A program made the position numbers and the translations under genes. Of a stretch of DNA of 64,000 bases, positions 30,224 to 40,505 are shown piece after piece. The stretch is taken from NCBI GenBank assembly GCA_049515895.1, contig JBEKTQ010000005.1, positions 32,001 through 96,000 of the forward strand. The letters are read 5' to 3'. The notes under the pieces were generated by a model. It saw nothing but the letters and a program-made list of their open reading frames with translations, ran no database searches and was not told the DNA's origin. Source of the stretch: Candidatus Bathyarchaeia archaeon. Lineage in GTDB: Archaea; Thermoproteota; Bathyarchaeia; Bathyarchaeales; Bathycorpusculaceae. Position 1 is the first letter of the stretch, and each line of letters begins with the position of its first letter.

Positions 30224-30661
30224 TTAAGTGATGCTTACGTTCTGAATGTCGAAGTACCGTTTTGCTAAAAAGCGCAGACGCTCGGCGTTTTTGCCGTTTT
30301 TGCCTATTGCGACGCCCTTGTCTTTTGGGTTAACCGTGATGACTGCCATTTTTTTGCCGTCGGTTCGTTCAGTAACGCGCACTTCTCTTACCGCTGCGGG
30401 TTTCAAGGCGTTTTTCATGAATTGAACTGGGTCCTCACTGTACTCGATGATCTCGTGTTTTTTGCCTGTCATTCGTTCGAGTGTGTGGATGTTTCTGCCG
30501 CCTTTCCCTATTGCAACGCCTACTTGGCCTTGGTTGACGATGAATATTGCCCGTTCCTGTTCTTCGTCGATTATGCAGTCCTTCACGCTTGCGCCACTTA
30601 TGCTTTCAAACAGAGCTATGTAACGCATTTCGTCGCACGTGATTTTTATGCCAGTTGTCAG
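30224..30661 (-). CDS. nusA: Archaeal NusA transcription factor (KH domains)
   Basis: MRYIALFE..GA.VKDCI and two AIGK.G.N KH motifs. In-frame extension TTGIKITCDE to a CTG at 30661; first ATG at 30628. Confidence 0.95.
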   Translation of the reverse strand: MTTGIKITCDEMRYIALFESISGASVKDCIIDEEQERAIFIVNQGQVGVAIGKGGRNIHTLERMTGKKHEIIEYSEDPVQFMKNALKPAAVREVRVTERTDGKKMAVITVNPKDKGVAIGKNGKNAERLRFLAKRYFDIQNVSIT

Positions 30662-30678
30662 TTTTTTTCCTCCATTTT

Positions 30679-30993
30679 TTATTCTTCAGGTTGTTCCTCT
30701 GTTATTTTGAGAATGTCGGAGTCCCCAGTTTCGCGGATGCTCAATGCTGAAATAATAAAGAGTTTTTTACAGACTTCAGCAAGATCCATTGAGCCACCCT
30801 TGTAAGTCAATATTGGGACTTTAGAGATTTCTCCATAGTATTCTATCTGTTCTTTTATGTTTTTTGGGCAGTTTGCAGCTAAGACGATCATCTTGGCCTT
30901 GCCTGTCTTGGCGTTTTGCAACGCGGTGTTAGCTCCGAAAGATACTTTGCCAGTTTTACATGCTGAAGCTAATGCCTTATCGATATCTATCAT
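30679..30993 (-). CDS. rpl30e: 50S ribosomal protein L30e
   Basis: KTGKVSFG...KAKMIVLAANCP...GDSDIL. Canonical position after rpoA. Confidence 0.95.
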   Translation of the reverse strand: MIDIDKALASACKTGKVSFGANTALQNAKTGKAKMIVLAANCPKNIKEQIEYYGEISKVPILTYKGGSMDLAEVCKKLFIISALSIRETGDSDILKITEEQPEE

Positions 30994-33900
30994 GATTCGG
31001 TTTTTCCTCCCACTTTTTCTTGCTTTTCGAACGTTGACATGTACAGTTCAACTAAGCCAGTCCCGATTGGTATCGACTGCCCGACTATAACGTTTTCGGT
31101 TACTCCAGCCAAGGGGTCACTTTCGCCCTTCACGGCCGCTTCAATTATGTTAGGCACTGTAATTTCGAATGCGGCGCGCGCGAGGACACTTGCTTTCTTG
31201 CCGCTGATTCCGTGCCTTCCGATCTGCTGCACATCACCTGTTGTAGTCATCATGTCCGCTACGAGCATTACGTGCCGTACGTCTACGTCTAAGCCTTGGT
31301 CTTCTAGGACTCCTTTAGCTTCGTTGACCAGCGCGTTTCGCGAGGCTTCAACGCCCAAGGTTTTAGCTATTTCGTGAATGTTGTTGGTGGTTGTCCTTGA
31401 TGTGTCTACGCCTTCGATCTCAAGGACTTTTGACAGGTTCGAGCCGTCAGTACGTATTACCCACTCGCCGCTTTCTTCGGTGACAAGCACACGTTTGATG
31501 TCAGGTACACCTTTGACTTGGAAGCCCGGAATTTTGCCCAGCATACGTTTCAGCTGCTCAGCTTTCTTCGGCTTGACCTCAACTGTTGAATCTGTCACTG
31601 TGACGGTTGCGTTCTGTAATTGCAGTCGCTCATTCAGCAGATCCATGGTTATGCCTCTGTCATCCATCATTGATTTGCTTAATTCAATAATGATTGCTTC
31701 GCGTATGGGGTCCTCGTAAATTGCAGAAGCCAAGTTTTCGACGGATGTGTAAATTATGTTTCTCGCGATTTCAACGGCGCCTTCTTTGCTCTTTGCGTGT
31801 TCACCCATTAGGTAGATCGTCATGATTGGGGTCGAGGGAATTCTGCGGGCGTCAACAATTTCGATAAGTCTTGGCAAGCCTAAGGTTACGTTTTGTTCTT
31901 TGACACCAGCGTAGTGGAACGTTCTGAGAGTCATCTGAGTGCCTGGTTCACCGATTGATTGTGCAGCGACAATTCCCACTGCTTCACCCGGCTCCATTAG
32001 GGCACGTTTGTACTGGTCAGCAGTTACGTCCGCGGCTTTTTCGACACTTTTCGCGGTAAGCTTCCCCTTTGCAAAGTTCTGTTTAAGCTGGTTCAACAAA
32101 ATCGGCGTAAGTTGATTCTCGACTTTTTTCAGTTGCTTTTTGATTTCTTCGGTCGATGCAACTTCTCCTTTTTCTTGACCGATTCTTATTTGGTCAATGA
32201 GGCGGCTAACGTTTACGGCTTTTCCATGATCGCTTTTTGCAGGGTCAACTCCGTCTTCTCCATATCGGAACTGAATGATATCGCCTGCCGAATCGCGGAC
32301 TGTACTGTCGTATTCAAGGCGTATGTGTTCAAGTGCGTTAATTAGCCTACGTTGCATGTAACCGCTTTGTTGTGTGCGGACGGCTGTATCGACTAGTCCT
32401 TCTCTGCCGCCCATAGCGTGGAAGAAGAATTCAATCGCGTCCAAGCCGGTCTGGTATGAATTGTAGACGAAGCCTCGGGCTCTTGGAAGAGGATCGTTCG
32501 CCTTAAAGTGTGGCAGTGCCCGTCCTTGGTAGCCTCTTAAGATACGTTTGCCTCGCACTGACTGTTGGCCAACGCAAGCTGCCATCTGTCCAATGTTTAA
32601 GCTTGAGCCTCTCGCGCCTGTTCGGGTCATGACAATGCCAGCGTTTTCCAATGTAAAGTCCTCATCTGCTATTTTGCCTGATTCATCTCTGGCTACGGCA
32701 AGCTCATGCATTACGTAGATTTCAAAGGATTCCTCTAAGGTTTGACCTGGCAAGCGTGGAAGGGTACCGTTTTGGAAGTTTTGGATGTGTTCATCGATTT
32801 TCTTTTGAATGCGTTCCATAGTTTTTGCCATACGGTTGCGGGCTTTGGGTGAAAGAACGAGTTGTTCGTAAGTGTAACTGAAGCCTCGCATTGAAATGTA
32901 TAGTTTTAGCAGGTGTGTAATGTTGTTGAGGAATTGTCTTCCTGCTTGGGTGCCGTAATCCTTGATTATTCTGTGAAGCAAGCTTTCGGACTGCTCTGCA
33001 CCTATTGAACGCCTGTCGATGATTCCTGAAACCAACTGCCCGTTTCTCACAACGACATAGGCGTCGTGCTTGCATTCTTCCTCTTCGCATTTACTGCATC
33101 CCTGGCAAATGTTGGCTTTCAAAACGTAATTCAACGTTTTGGGCAGGAAAAGGCTGAAGATTTGTTTGCCTGACCACATGGGTTGGGGTTCCATTATTTC
33201 TGGTTCAGGAAGTTCCCCTGTGTAGCCTGTTGTCGTGAGCAGCCTGTCGACTTGTTCCCTAGGCATATAGTTGCCTTTTCTTGTGAAGTAATATGCGCTT
33301 GTGATGAAGTCTCTGATGGCCCCGATAATAGGTCCGCCGAATCTAGGTGAAAGGATTTGGTCTTGAACCTGCATCAAAAGCAGCGCTTCTGTGCGGGCTT
33401 CTTCGCTTTGTGGAACGTGAAGGTTCATTTCGTCTCCGTCAAAGTCAGCGTTGTAAGGAGGGCAAACACACAGGTGAAGCCGGAAAGTCTTGTAGGGTAA
33501 AACCCGAACGTAATGAGCCATGATTGACATGCGGTGAAGCGAAGGCTGCCGATTGAAGATTGCGATGTCCCCGTTTTTAAGGTGCCTTTCAACCACGAAG
33601 CCTAGCTCGACTGCTTCGGCGATTTTTGTTCGGTCAACGACAAACTCCAATCTTATGCGTTTGCCGTCTGGCCTGATAATATATAGAGCGCCAGGATAAG
33701 TTTCTGGACCGTTAACGACAAGTTTCTTCATTTCCTCGATGTTCCAAGCTGTGACTTTTTCCGGAACAGAAAGGCGCATGGCAACGTCAACAGGTACACC
33801 GACCTCGTTAATGTCAAGGTTGGGGTCTGGAGATATTACTGTTCGAGCGGAAAAGTCAACTCGTTTGCCTGAAAGGTTGCTTCTGAAACGTCCTTCTTTG

Positions 33901-34826
33901 CCTTTGAGCCGTTGCGAGAGAGTTTTCAATGCTCTACCGCTTCGATGTCTCGCCGGGGGAATGCCGGATGCTTCATTGTTAAAGTATGTCGTAACGTGGT
34001 ACTGCAGCAGTTCAGAGAGGTCCTGAATGATAAGTGTAGGTGCACCAGCCTCCATGTTTTCTTTCAGACGCTGGTTAATTCGGATGATGTCTACGAGTTT
34101 GTGGGTCAAATCATCTTCAGAACGAATGCCCGATTCAAGCGTGATTGATGGGCGAACGTAAACTGGCGGTACAGGCAAAACCTGCAGAACCATCCATTCC
34201 GGACGAGCGACTTTCGGGTTGAAGCCTAAGACCTCAAGGTCTTCATCCGAAATACGTTCAAGCCTTTCCCTAATCATGCTTGGAGTAAGAGGCTCAGAGC
34301 CAGCTTCAGTCTGTTCAATAAACTTTGTCGGCTTCTCAAAAGTAATCTTAAATTGAGCCGAAGCACAATAAGGGCACTGTTTAGCTTTTATTTCCGTCAT
34401 GATTTCCTTGTAGGTTTCATCAGGGATGGTTCCCAAGAGATCGTTGAGCCGTTCAATACGCTGTCGGGCCTTCTTTGCAGCGTCTTCGGTTAATAGTATT
34501 CGACCGCAGCTACGGCAGGTTGATTTTAAAAGGTCAAAGATGATTTTGGTGAATTCGATGTGTACTATTGGGACTGCAAGTTCGATGTGTCCAAAGTGTC
34601 CGGGGCATCGGATGGCTGTGTTGCCGCAGGTTTTGCAGCGTTGCCTTGGTTCAAGCGTGCCGAGTCTGCCGTCCATTAGTCCAGCGGTGATTGGAGCCCC
34701 GTCTTCATCGTAGGTGTCTGGAGTTTGGATTTCAACAACCGACTGTTTTCGCAGATCTTTAGGTGAAATTAAGCCGAATGAGATTTCGTCCACTATTTTG
34801 TGAATTAATTCTTCCTGTTGTGACAT
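30990..34826 (-). CDS. rpoA: DNA-directed RNA polymerase largest subunit, A' and A'' fused (Rpo1)
   Basis: CPGHFGH, FNRQPSLH and NADFDGD, continuing in frame into the A'' motifs AAQSIGEPGTQMTLRTFH and ARAAFE. 1278 aa. Confidence 0.98.
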   Translation of the reverse strand: MSQQEELIHKIVDEISFGLISPKDLRKQSVVEIQTPDTYDEDGAPITAGLMDGRLGTLEPRQRCKTCGNTAIRCPGHFGHIELAVPIVHIEFTKIIFDLLKSTCRSCGRILLTEDAAKKARQRIERLNDLLGTIPDETYKEIMTEIKAKQCPYCASAQFKITFEKPTKFIEQTEAGSEPLTPSMIRERLERISDEDLEVLGFNPKVARPEWMVLQVLPVPPVYVRPSITLESGIRSEDDLTHKLVDIIRINQRLKENMEAGAPTLIIQDLSELLQYHVTTYFNNEASGIPPARHRSGRALKTLSQRLKGKEGRFRSNLSGKRVDFSARTVISPDPNLDINEVGVPVDVAMRLSVPEKVTAWNIEEMKKLVVNGPETYPGALYIIRPDGKRIRLEFVVDRTKIAEAVELGFVVERHLKNGDIAIFNRQPSLHRMSIMAHYVRVLPYKTFRLHLCVCPPYNADFDGDEMNLHVPQSEEARTEALLLMQVQDQILSPRFGGPIIGAIRDFITSAYYFTRKGNYMPREQVDRLLTTTGYTGELPEPEIMEPQPMWSGKQIFSLFLPKTLNYVLKANICQGCSKCEEEECKHDAYVVVRNGQLVSGIIDRRSIGAEQSESLLHRIIKDYGTQAGRQFLNNITHLLKLYISMRGFSYTYEQLVLSPKARNRMAKTMERIQKKIDEHIQNFQNGTLPRLPGQTLEESFEIYVMHELAVARDESGKIADEDFTLENAGIVMTRTGARGSSLNIGQMAACVGQQSVRGKRILRGYQGRALPHFKANDPLPRARGFVYNSYQTGLDAIEFFFHAMGGREGLVDTAVRTQQSGYMQRRLINALEHIRLEYDSTVRDSAGDIIQFRYGEDGVDPAKSDHGKAVNVSRLIDQIRIGQEKGEVASTEEIKKQLKKVENQLTPILLNQLKQNFAKGKLTAKSVEKAADVTADQYKRALMEPGEAVGIVAAQSIGEPGTQMTLRTFHYAGVKEQNVTLGLPRLIEIVDARRIPSTPIMTIYLMGEHAKSKEGAVEIARNIIYTSVENLASAIYEDPIREAIIIELSKSMMDDRGITMDLLNERLQLQNATVTVTDSTVEVKPKKAEQLKRMLGKIPGFQVKGVPDIKRVLVTEESGEWVIRTDGSNLSKVLEIEGVDTSRTTTNNIHEIAKTLGVEASRNALVNEAKGVLEDQGLDVDVRHVMLVADMMTTTGDVQQIGRHGISGKKASVLARAAFEITVPNIIEAAVKGESDPLAGVTENVIVGQSIPIGTGLVELYMSTFEKQEKVGGKTES

Positions 34827-34828
34827 GA

Positions 34829-37800
34829 TTATGCTTTCTCCTTAAGCCTCAATTTAGGCGTAATACACAAGCTCTGAAGCTCCTGCAAGAGAAGCTTGAA
34901 AGCGTATGAGACAATAACTGGTGAAATCTTTGCTTTCTCGTCGCATATCCTGCAGACGTAGCGTCTCTGTTTCATGTCGAAGTAAGCGATTTGTCCGCAG
35001 TTCTCACATATGTACAGCGTATATTTGTCTGATTCTTCCAGCAGCCTGTCTCTGAGTAGCATGGCAGCGCCGTGTCCTATGAGGCAGTCTCGTTCCATTT
35101 CTCCGAATCTTAAGCCTCCGCCTCTGGCTCTGCCTTCAGTTGGCTGTCTTGTCAGCATTTGGACCTGACCACGTGCTCTGGCATGGATTTTGTCGGCGAC
35201 CATGTGGTGTAGTTTTTGGTAGTAAACGACGCCCACGAAAACGTCTGCGACGAATTTCTCGCCGGTGGTGCCGTTGTAGAAGACTTCTCCGCCTGTGTGG
35301 CTGAAACCTAATTTTACGAGACTCTTGCGTACTTCGTCTGGTCCTTCATTGCTAAATGGTGTGCCGTCTGCGGGTCTGCCTCTTGCTGATGCTGCTTTTC
35401 CAGCGAGTGATTCAATGAATTGGCCGATGGTCATTCTTGAGGGGATGGCGTGCGGGTTGATTATGAGGTCTGGAACGATGCCTTCAGCGGTGAAGGGCAA
35501 ATCTTCCTGCGGGACAATTAAGCCTATGACTCCTTTCTGTCCGTGTCGTGAAGCGAATTTGTCTCCAAGTTCGGGAACACGTTGATCGCGAACTCTTACT
35601 TTCACAAGTTGGCTGCCCTCACCTGACATTGTTATGAATATGCCGTCTACGATTCCTGTTTCGGAGGGGCGCATGTCAACGGATGTGTCACGCATCGATG
35701 GTCCTTTTACTTCGAATTCCTTGTATTCTTCAAGGAATCTTGGAGGGCTGATTCTTCCAATTAGCACATCTCCGCCGACAACTTGCGATTCAAGGCTGAT
35801 TATCCCGTCGGGCTCCAGAAGCCTGTAATACTGCTCGCCTCGGTAGCCTCGAGTTCCTGGTTCTGGAACAGTAAACTTATCCTTTAAACCTCCGAGGTAC
35901 TGACGGCATTCAGCTTCATAGATGCGGTAGAATGTGGATCTGGCTAAACCTCGTTCGATGGATGCTTTGTTGAAAATTAATGCGTCTTCCATGTTGTAGC
36001 CTTCGAAGCTTAGCACGGCGACGACGCAGTTTTGTCCTGTTGGGCGCTGTTTGTAACCCATGACTTCCATTAGTTCGGTTTCAACCATTGGAACCTGCGG
36101 GTAATGAAGTATGTGTGATCGCGAGTCGACACGGTGATGGAAGTTTGTGCCGTAAACTCCAAGAGCTTGTTTGGCCATGGCTGCTTGGTACGAGTTGCGT
36201 GGTGACTGGTTGTGTTCTGGATAGGGAATTGTCGAGGCGCATATGCCTAGAATCGTATAGGTGGCTATTTCCACGTGGGTGTTTTCGGGTTGAATTTGGT
36301 CAAAGGAAAGGGCAATGTAAGCATTTTCTTCTTCTTCAGCATCCAGATACTCGATCAGACCGTTTTTGACTAGGTCTTCCCAGGTCCACTCGCCTAAACC
36401 GATTTTTTCCATATGCTTGGGCTGAAGTTTAGGAATCCCGTTTTCAACAATTATAAGCGGACGCCTGACTCTGCCTTCGTCGCAGTTAGCGTGCAGTTCT
36501 TCGTTTTCAGTCTGTATCTTGGTGAAGTATGTTATGTTAGCTTCGGTTGAGATTTCGCCTGTTCTTCTTTTTTCTCGGAAAGACTTCACTATCTCGGCTG
36601 CATTGTTGCAGTAGCCAATGATGTTTCCGTCAACGAAAACTTTGGCTCCCGCAATGCGTAATTCGGTAGAGGATTCCGCGGCTGGAACGGTGCCCATTTC
36701 GAATAGTAATTGTTTAACTCTGTCTGGATTTACGCCTACTGCGATCGAGGCTGATAAGGCTAAGTTTTTGACGAGACCACAGTTAGAGCCTTCAGGGGTT
36801 TCGTTTGGGCATAAGCGTCCCCAGTGGGTTGGATGCAGGTCTCTAGCTTCGAAGTTAGGTTGGCTTCTGCTCAATGGTGATTGAAGCCTGCGTAAATGGC
36901 TCAACGTTGAAATGTAGTTTGTTCGGTCAAGCAGCTGGGTGATGCCGACTCTGCCTCTTCCCCAGTTGCCCGTTGCCAAAGCATGCTGGAATCGTTCTGT
37001 GATAATTCCTGGGCGAACGGCGGCGGAAACAGTTATGATTGGGCCTTTAACGCCTATGCGTTCAAGCTGGTACTTTATGTCTCTGGTTAAGTTTCTGAAT
37101 GATACGCGGAAGAGGTCTGCTAGAAGTGGACCACCGAGGCGAAGTCGCTTGTTCTTGAAGTGGTCTTTATCGTCAGGTTGCCTTCTCCCTGTTTTCAACT
37201 GTAAAACGCGGTAAGCCATTTCGCCGAGAAATATTGCCTTTTCCTTGCGGTTCTTTTCGCTTCTGCCAAGGTGTGGCAAAAAGTTTTTGTCAAGAGCTGT
37301 TTCAGCTTTTTGTAGTCTGTATTCTTCAACCTGGCCGTGTGCTACACGATTGCCGATGAACAGAACTGCATCGGCTGGCGTGTCGACCCCGATGGCTTTT
37401 TCAAATGAAGCTGCAAGTTGGCTTTGCATTTCGCTGTCAAGTGAAACTGCTTCTGCAATTTCCTTGTCTTTTTCCAAGCTGAGCGCGCGCATGATGACGA
37501 CGAAGGGGATTTCGGTAGGAACTCCAGGCATGGTGACGTAGATTGCGTCGTCTGATTTGAGTTTAAGCTCGATTCTTGCTCTGAAACCTACGGTTGTTGA
37601 GAAAATTTTTGCTTGATAAACGGGGGAGGTTCCTTTTTCATCTATGTCCACGATCACGCGGTTAGGAGCTAGATCTTCCATGGCGACGATGACGCGTTCG
37701 GAGCCGTTAACGATGAAGTATCCCCCTTGATCGTCGGGGTCTTCTCCTGCCGCTATAAGCTCTTCGCGAGAAAGTTGGGACAAGAAGCAAAGCTTAGACT

Positions 37801-38197
37801 TAAGCATGACAGGGATGTTGCCGATGTAAACCAGTTCAGTGTCCTGTTCTCTACCATCGATAACTGGAGTCATTTCCAGCGCAATCGGAGCCGAGTAAGC
37901 CAAGTTTCTTAGTCGGGCTTCCATTGGGTAAATTTCATGTTTTGTTCCATCGACCTCGGTCACATATGGACCGGTAATTCTTGATTGAGGGTCAATTACC
38001 CATATTTGCCCCAGTTTGACCTTGTAGGGGCTTTCTGGAACTTCAATGGGGATTTCACCGACTTCATCTGTGACTTCTTGCAAGCCGTGGTCGATGAATT
38101 CGTTATAGCTGTCAAGGTGCTGCCTGACAAGGCCTTTCTCTTTGAAAAAAGTTTTCAATAAATCATGGATATCTTCTTTCTGGATAGTTGCGGTCAA
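34829..38197 (-). CDS. rpoB: DNA-directed RNA polymerase subunit B (unsplit Rpo2)
   Basis: GYFIVNGSER, ETPEG, GDKFASRHGQKG, RFGEMERD. 1122 aa. Confidence 0.98.
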   Translation of the reverse strand: MTATIQKEDIHDLLKTFFKEKGLVRQHLDSYNEFIDHGLQEVTDEVGEIPIEVPESPYKVKLGQIWVIDPQSRITGPYVTEVDGTKHEIYPMEARLRNLAYSAPIALEMTPVIDGREQDTELVYIGNIPVMLKSKLCFLSQLSREELIAAGEDPDDQGGYFIVNGSERVIVAMEDLAPNRVIVDIDEKGTSPVYQAKIFSTTVGFRARIELKLKSDDAIYVTMPGVPTEIPFVVIMRALSLEKDKEIAEAVSLDSEMQSQLAASFEKAIGVDTPADAVLFIGNRVAHGQVEEYRLQKAETALDKNFLPHLGRSEKNRKEKAIFLGEMAYRVLQLKTGRRQPDDKDHFKNKRLRLGGPLLADLFRVSFRNLTRDIKYQLERIGVKGPIITVSAAVRPGIITERFQHALATGNWGRGRVGITQLLDRTNYISTLSHLRRLQSPLSRSQPNFEARDLHPTHWGRLCPNETPEGSNCGLVKNLALSASIAVGVNPDRVKQLLFEMGTVPAAESSTELRIAGAKVFVDGNIIGYCNNAAEIVKSFREKRRTGEISTEANITYFTKIQTENEELHANCDEGRVRRPLIIVENGIPKLQPKHMEKIGLGEWTWEDLVKNGLIEYLDAEEEENAYIALSFDQIQPENTHVEIATYTILGICASTIPYPEHNQSPRNSYQAAMAKQALGVYGTNFHHRVDSRSHILHYPQVPMVETELMEVMGYKQRPTGQNCVVAVLSFEGYNMEDALIFNKASIERGLARSTFYRIYEAECRQYLGGLKDKFTVPEPGTRGYRGEQYYRLLEPDGIISLESQVVGGDVLIGRISPPRFLEEYKEFEVKGPSMRDTSVDMRPSETGIVDGIFITMSGEGSQLVKVRVRDQRVPELGDKFASRHGQKGVIGLIVPQEDLPFTAEGIVPDLIINPHAIPSRMTIGQFIESLAGKAASARGRPADGTPFSNEGPDEVRKSLVKLGFSHTGGEVFYNGTTGEKFVADVFVGVVYYQKLHHMVADKIHARARGQVQMLTRQPTEGRARGGGLRFGEMERDCLIGHGAAMLLRDRLLEESDKYTLYICENCGQIAYFDMKQRRYVCRICDEKAKISPVIVSYAFKLLLQELQSLCITPKLRLKEKA

Positions 38198-38654
38198 TTC
38201 GACACTTCTCCAATAAGTTTAACATTCTGTGCCATAGTTAGGCGTGTTTTGTTCAAACTTTCAACTCCAAGGATGTAGGGATTATCCAACTTGAAAAAGG
38301 GTTCTCCTAACTTTTCTAAAGGCACAAAGAAGTGCTACGCAGCTTGCTAATAAACCTTGTCGTACATCTTGAACCTAAAATGAAGGACGCCCAGACTTTC
38401 ATAGAGCCATCACAACAATAATTTCTTCTGACCTGCCGTTGCATTAAGCAAATCACAAGAAACGAAAAAAAATCAACTTCAAATTGAAAATCGCCTAAGC
38501 AGACTTTTCTCTTGCAACGGAAAGTTCCAAAGAAACCGAACCGTCATCTAAAGAACGACGATTACTTTCGACAATATGAGCATCCGCGTTTTTGTAACAG
38601 TCATTGTATATTTCTTTCCTTATGACCGAAAGCAAGCTTGAGTCTATTTCATAT

Positions 38655-38832
38655 CCCATGCTGTGGTGTTCGTTTCGCATTGCTGCTTTTGTCGTTTTTT
38701 ATCCTTGCGGATTTGCCGTTTGAGAAGAAATGTTTTCCGCATTCTTTGCAATTGTAGACTTGTGTTCCTTTGATTGAACCGTTTTTGACGACTTTTTCTA
38801 AGTTACAATATTTGCAGTTAATCGGTTTTCAC
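38655..38832 (-). mobile_element. Degraded IS transposase N-terminal zinc ribbon (IS1/IS6-like)
   Basis: Manual translation KPINCKYCNLEKVVKNGSIKGTQVYNCKECGKHFFSNG. GTG start is out of frame by one base. No DDE domain follows. Confidence 0.6.
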
Positions 38833-38966
38833 GCTCTCGCTGGTATACTATAAGATACCCATAGTATAGCTTGTGGTATTATCCACAGGATACCAAAAGA
38901 ATGTAACAAACCGAAAAAGTAAAAGCTACTTCCGCTCACTAATAACGGAGCAAAAGAGGTGATAAA

Positions 38967-39320
38967 ATGGAACGAGATCAAAAACAGATGGATGATATTG
39001 AGGCAATTCTGATTAAGCGTGTTGGAAAAAAGAATGCAATCACAGCACGGGAGATCGCAAATACTGTAGGCATAAAGGACAATGACACATTCATTAACAC
39101 AAGAATGCTTATCAGAAAACTAATGAAAAATAAACAACTTCCGATTGGAGCGTTAGACAATGGTGGTTATTTCATAATTGAAAATGAAAAAGAGTTAAAT
39201 GATTACTCAAAAATGCTTGATAGACGAGCCAATGGTATAGTAACAAGGAAAGCGAGAGCTATAGTGTACTTTGAAAACTACTATAAACAAGATTTCACTG
39301 GGACAGAAGAGGAAATTTAA
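38967..39320 (+). CDS. Helix-turn-helix domain protein
   Basis: GKKNAITAREIA...RMLIRKL...PIGA..GGYFI. GAGGTG RBS. Confidence 0.7.
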   Translation: MERDQKQMDDIEAILIKRVGKKNAITAREIANTVGIKDNDTFINTRMLIRKLMKNKQLPIGALDNGGYFIIENEKELNDYSKMLDRRANGIVTRKARAIVYFENYYKQDFTGTEEEI

Positions 39321-39466
39321 ACCTGAAAAAAGTAAGCTTGATTAGACTTGTGAAGTCTGCGGTTCAAAAATGAAAAACAAAGGAGAATCAGCCGACTCAG
39401 CGTACTTGGTCATAGAATGTCCTATCTGTGGAGCCGCATTTTTGCTTTCAAAAGCTATTGTACGCT

Positions 39467-40420
39467 CTAAGACAGATTGGGAAAAACTTTTTCCCGCATT
39501 TCTATAGGAGTATTGTTGTAATGTATTTTTTCCTTAATGATATTTAATGTATCATCGATGCTTGGTGATTTAAAACCAATCTCGTAACCTATACTGTTGC
39601 GCCCAAGCTCCAAAGCTACTTTAGTTGTTGTGCCACTTCCTAGAAATGGGTCGAGAACCGTATCTCCTTCGTAAGTAAACATTTGCATCAGACGTTTTGG
39701 CAATTCATCTGGGAAGGTTGCTACATGGTTAACTTGTCTAGCTCCATTAAAACTCCAAATTACGTTAAAATCTTCTCCCTGTGAGTCGCTAAAATTCCAT
39801 ATTCCATTAAACAGCTCTCTCCATTTAGGAAGGTCAATTACTGCTTTTTGTTTTGCCTCTGGTTTTGGTTTAGGTTCAATATCGCCTTTGTTTTTTTTCT
39901 TCTTAAAAATAGCAATATATTCATAATTGTAACTCACGTATCCATTCCTGGGATAACCGTAAGAACCCATAACACTTGCACCCCCACTTGTCTTTGTCGT
40001 AGGAATCTTGTTCCAGATAATACTTCCTAAATAAACCAAATCATCCATGTGGTTTTGCATTATTCTATTCACTATATAGGCGTGTAACGGAATAATTTGG
40101 TACGGCTTGTCTTCGCTACTATTTGCTCTTAAGTATTGGTCACCTATGTTGATGCAAAGTCTACATGCTGGAGCAAGAACTCTTACGCATTCAGACCATA
40201 CATTTCCAAGTTTTTCTAGATAATCTTCCAAATCATCTCTATAACCTATTTGCTTTGGATGCCCATAATCTTTAATGTTCCAGTAAGGGGGAGAAGTAAC
40301 CACAAGGTGAACCGACTTATCGGCTACTTCCTTCATTTCCTGAGAGTCCTGAAAGTATATACGGTGAGATGTATCGAACTTTAATTCTTCAGATCGCCCT
40401 CTATCAGTTTCTTCTAGCAT
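39467..40420 (-). CDS. Site-specific DNA methyltransferase (N4-C/N6-A, beta class)
   Basis: VTSPPY catalytic motif precedes HVATFP and VLDPFLGSGTT (SAM-binding). Confidence 0.92.
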   Translation of the reverse strand: MLEETDRGRSEELKFDTSHRIYFQDSQEMKEVADKSVHLVVTSPPYWNIKDYGHPKQIGYRDDLEDYLEKLGNVWSECVRVLAPACRLCINIGDQYLRANSSEDKPYQIIPLHAYIVNRIMQNHMDDLVYLGSIIWNKIPTTKTSGGASVMGSYGYPRNGYVSYNYEYIAIFKKKKNKGDIEPKPKPEAKQKAVIDLPKWRELFNGIWNFSDSQGEDFNVIWSFNGARQVNHVATFPDELPKRLMQMFTYEGDTVLDPFLGSGTTTKVALELGRNSIGYEIGFKSPSIDDTLNIIKEKIHYNNTPIEMREKVFPNLS

Positions 40421-40505
40421 ATTAATTATTGTGATACAATCTAGTAATATGTTTTTCGGAATATGAACAATTAGTAGTCACTAGACCTTATGTGTAAATC
40501 AATTT

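Noticed and set aside
30990-38197. Inteins in RNA polymerase subunits
   Set aside because: Lengths are normal and there are no C...HN splice motifs or endonuclease inserts.
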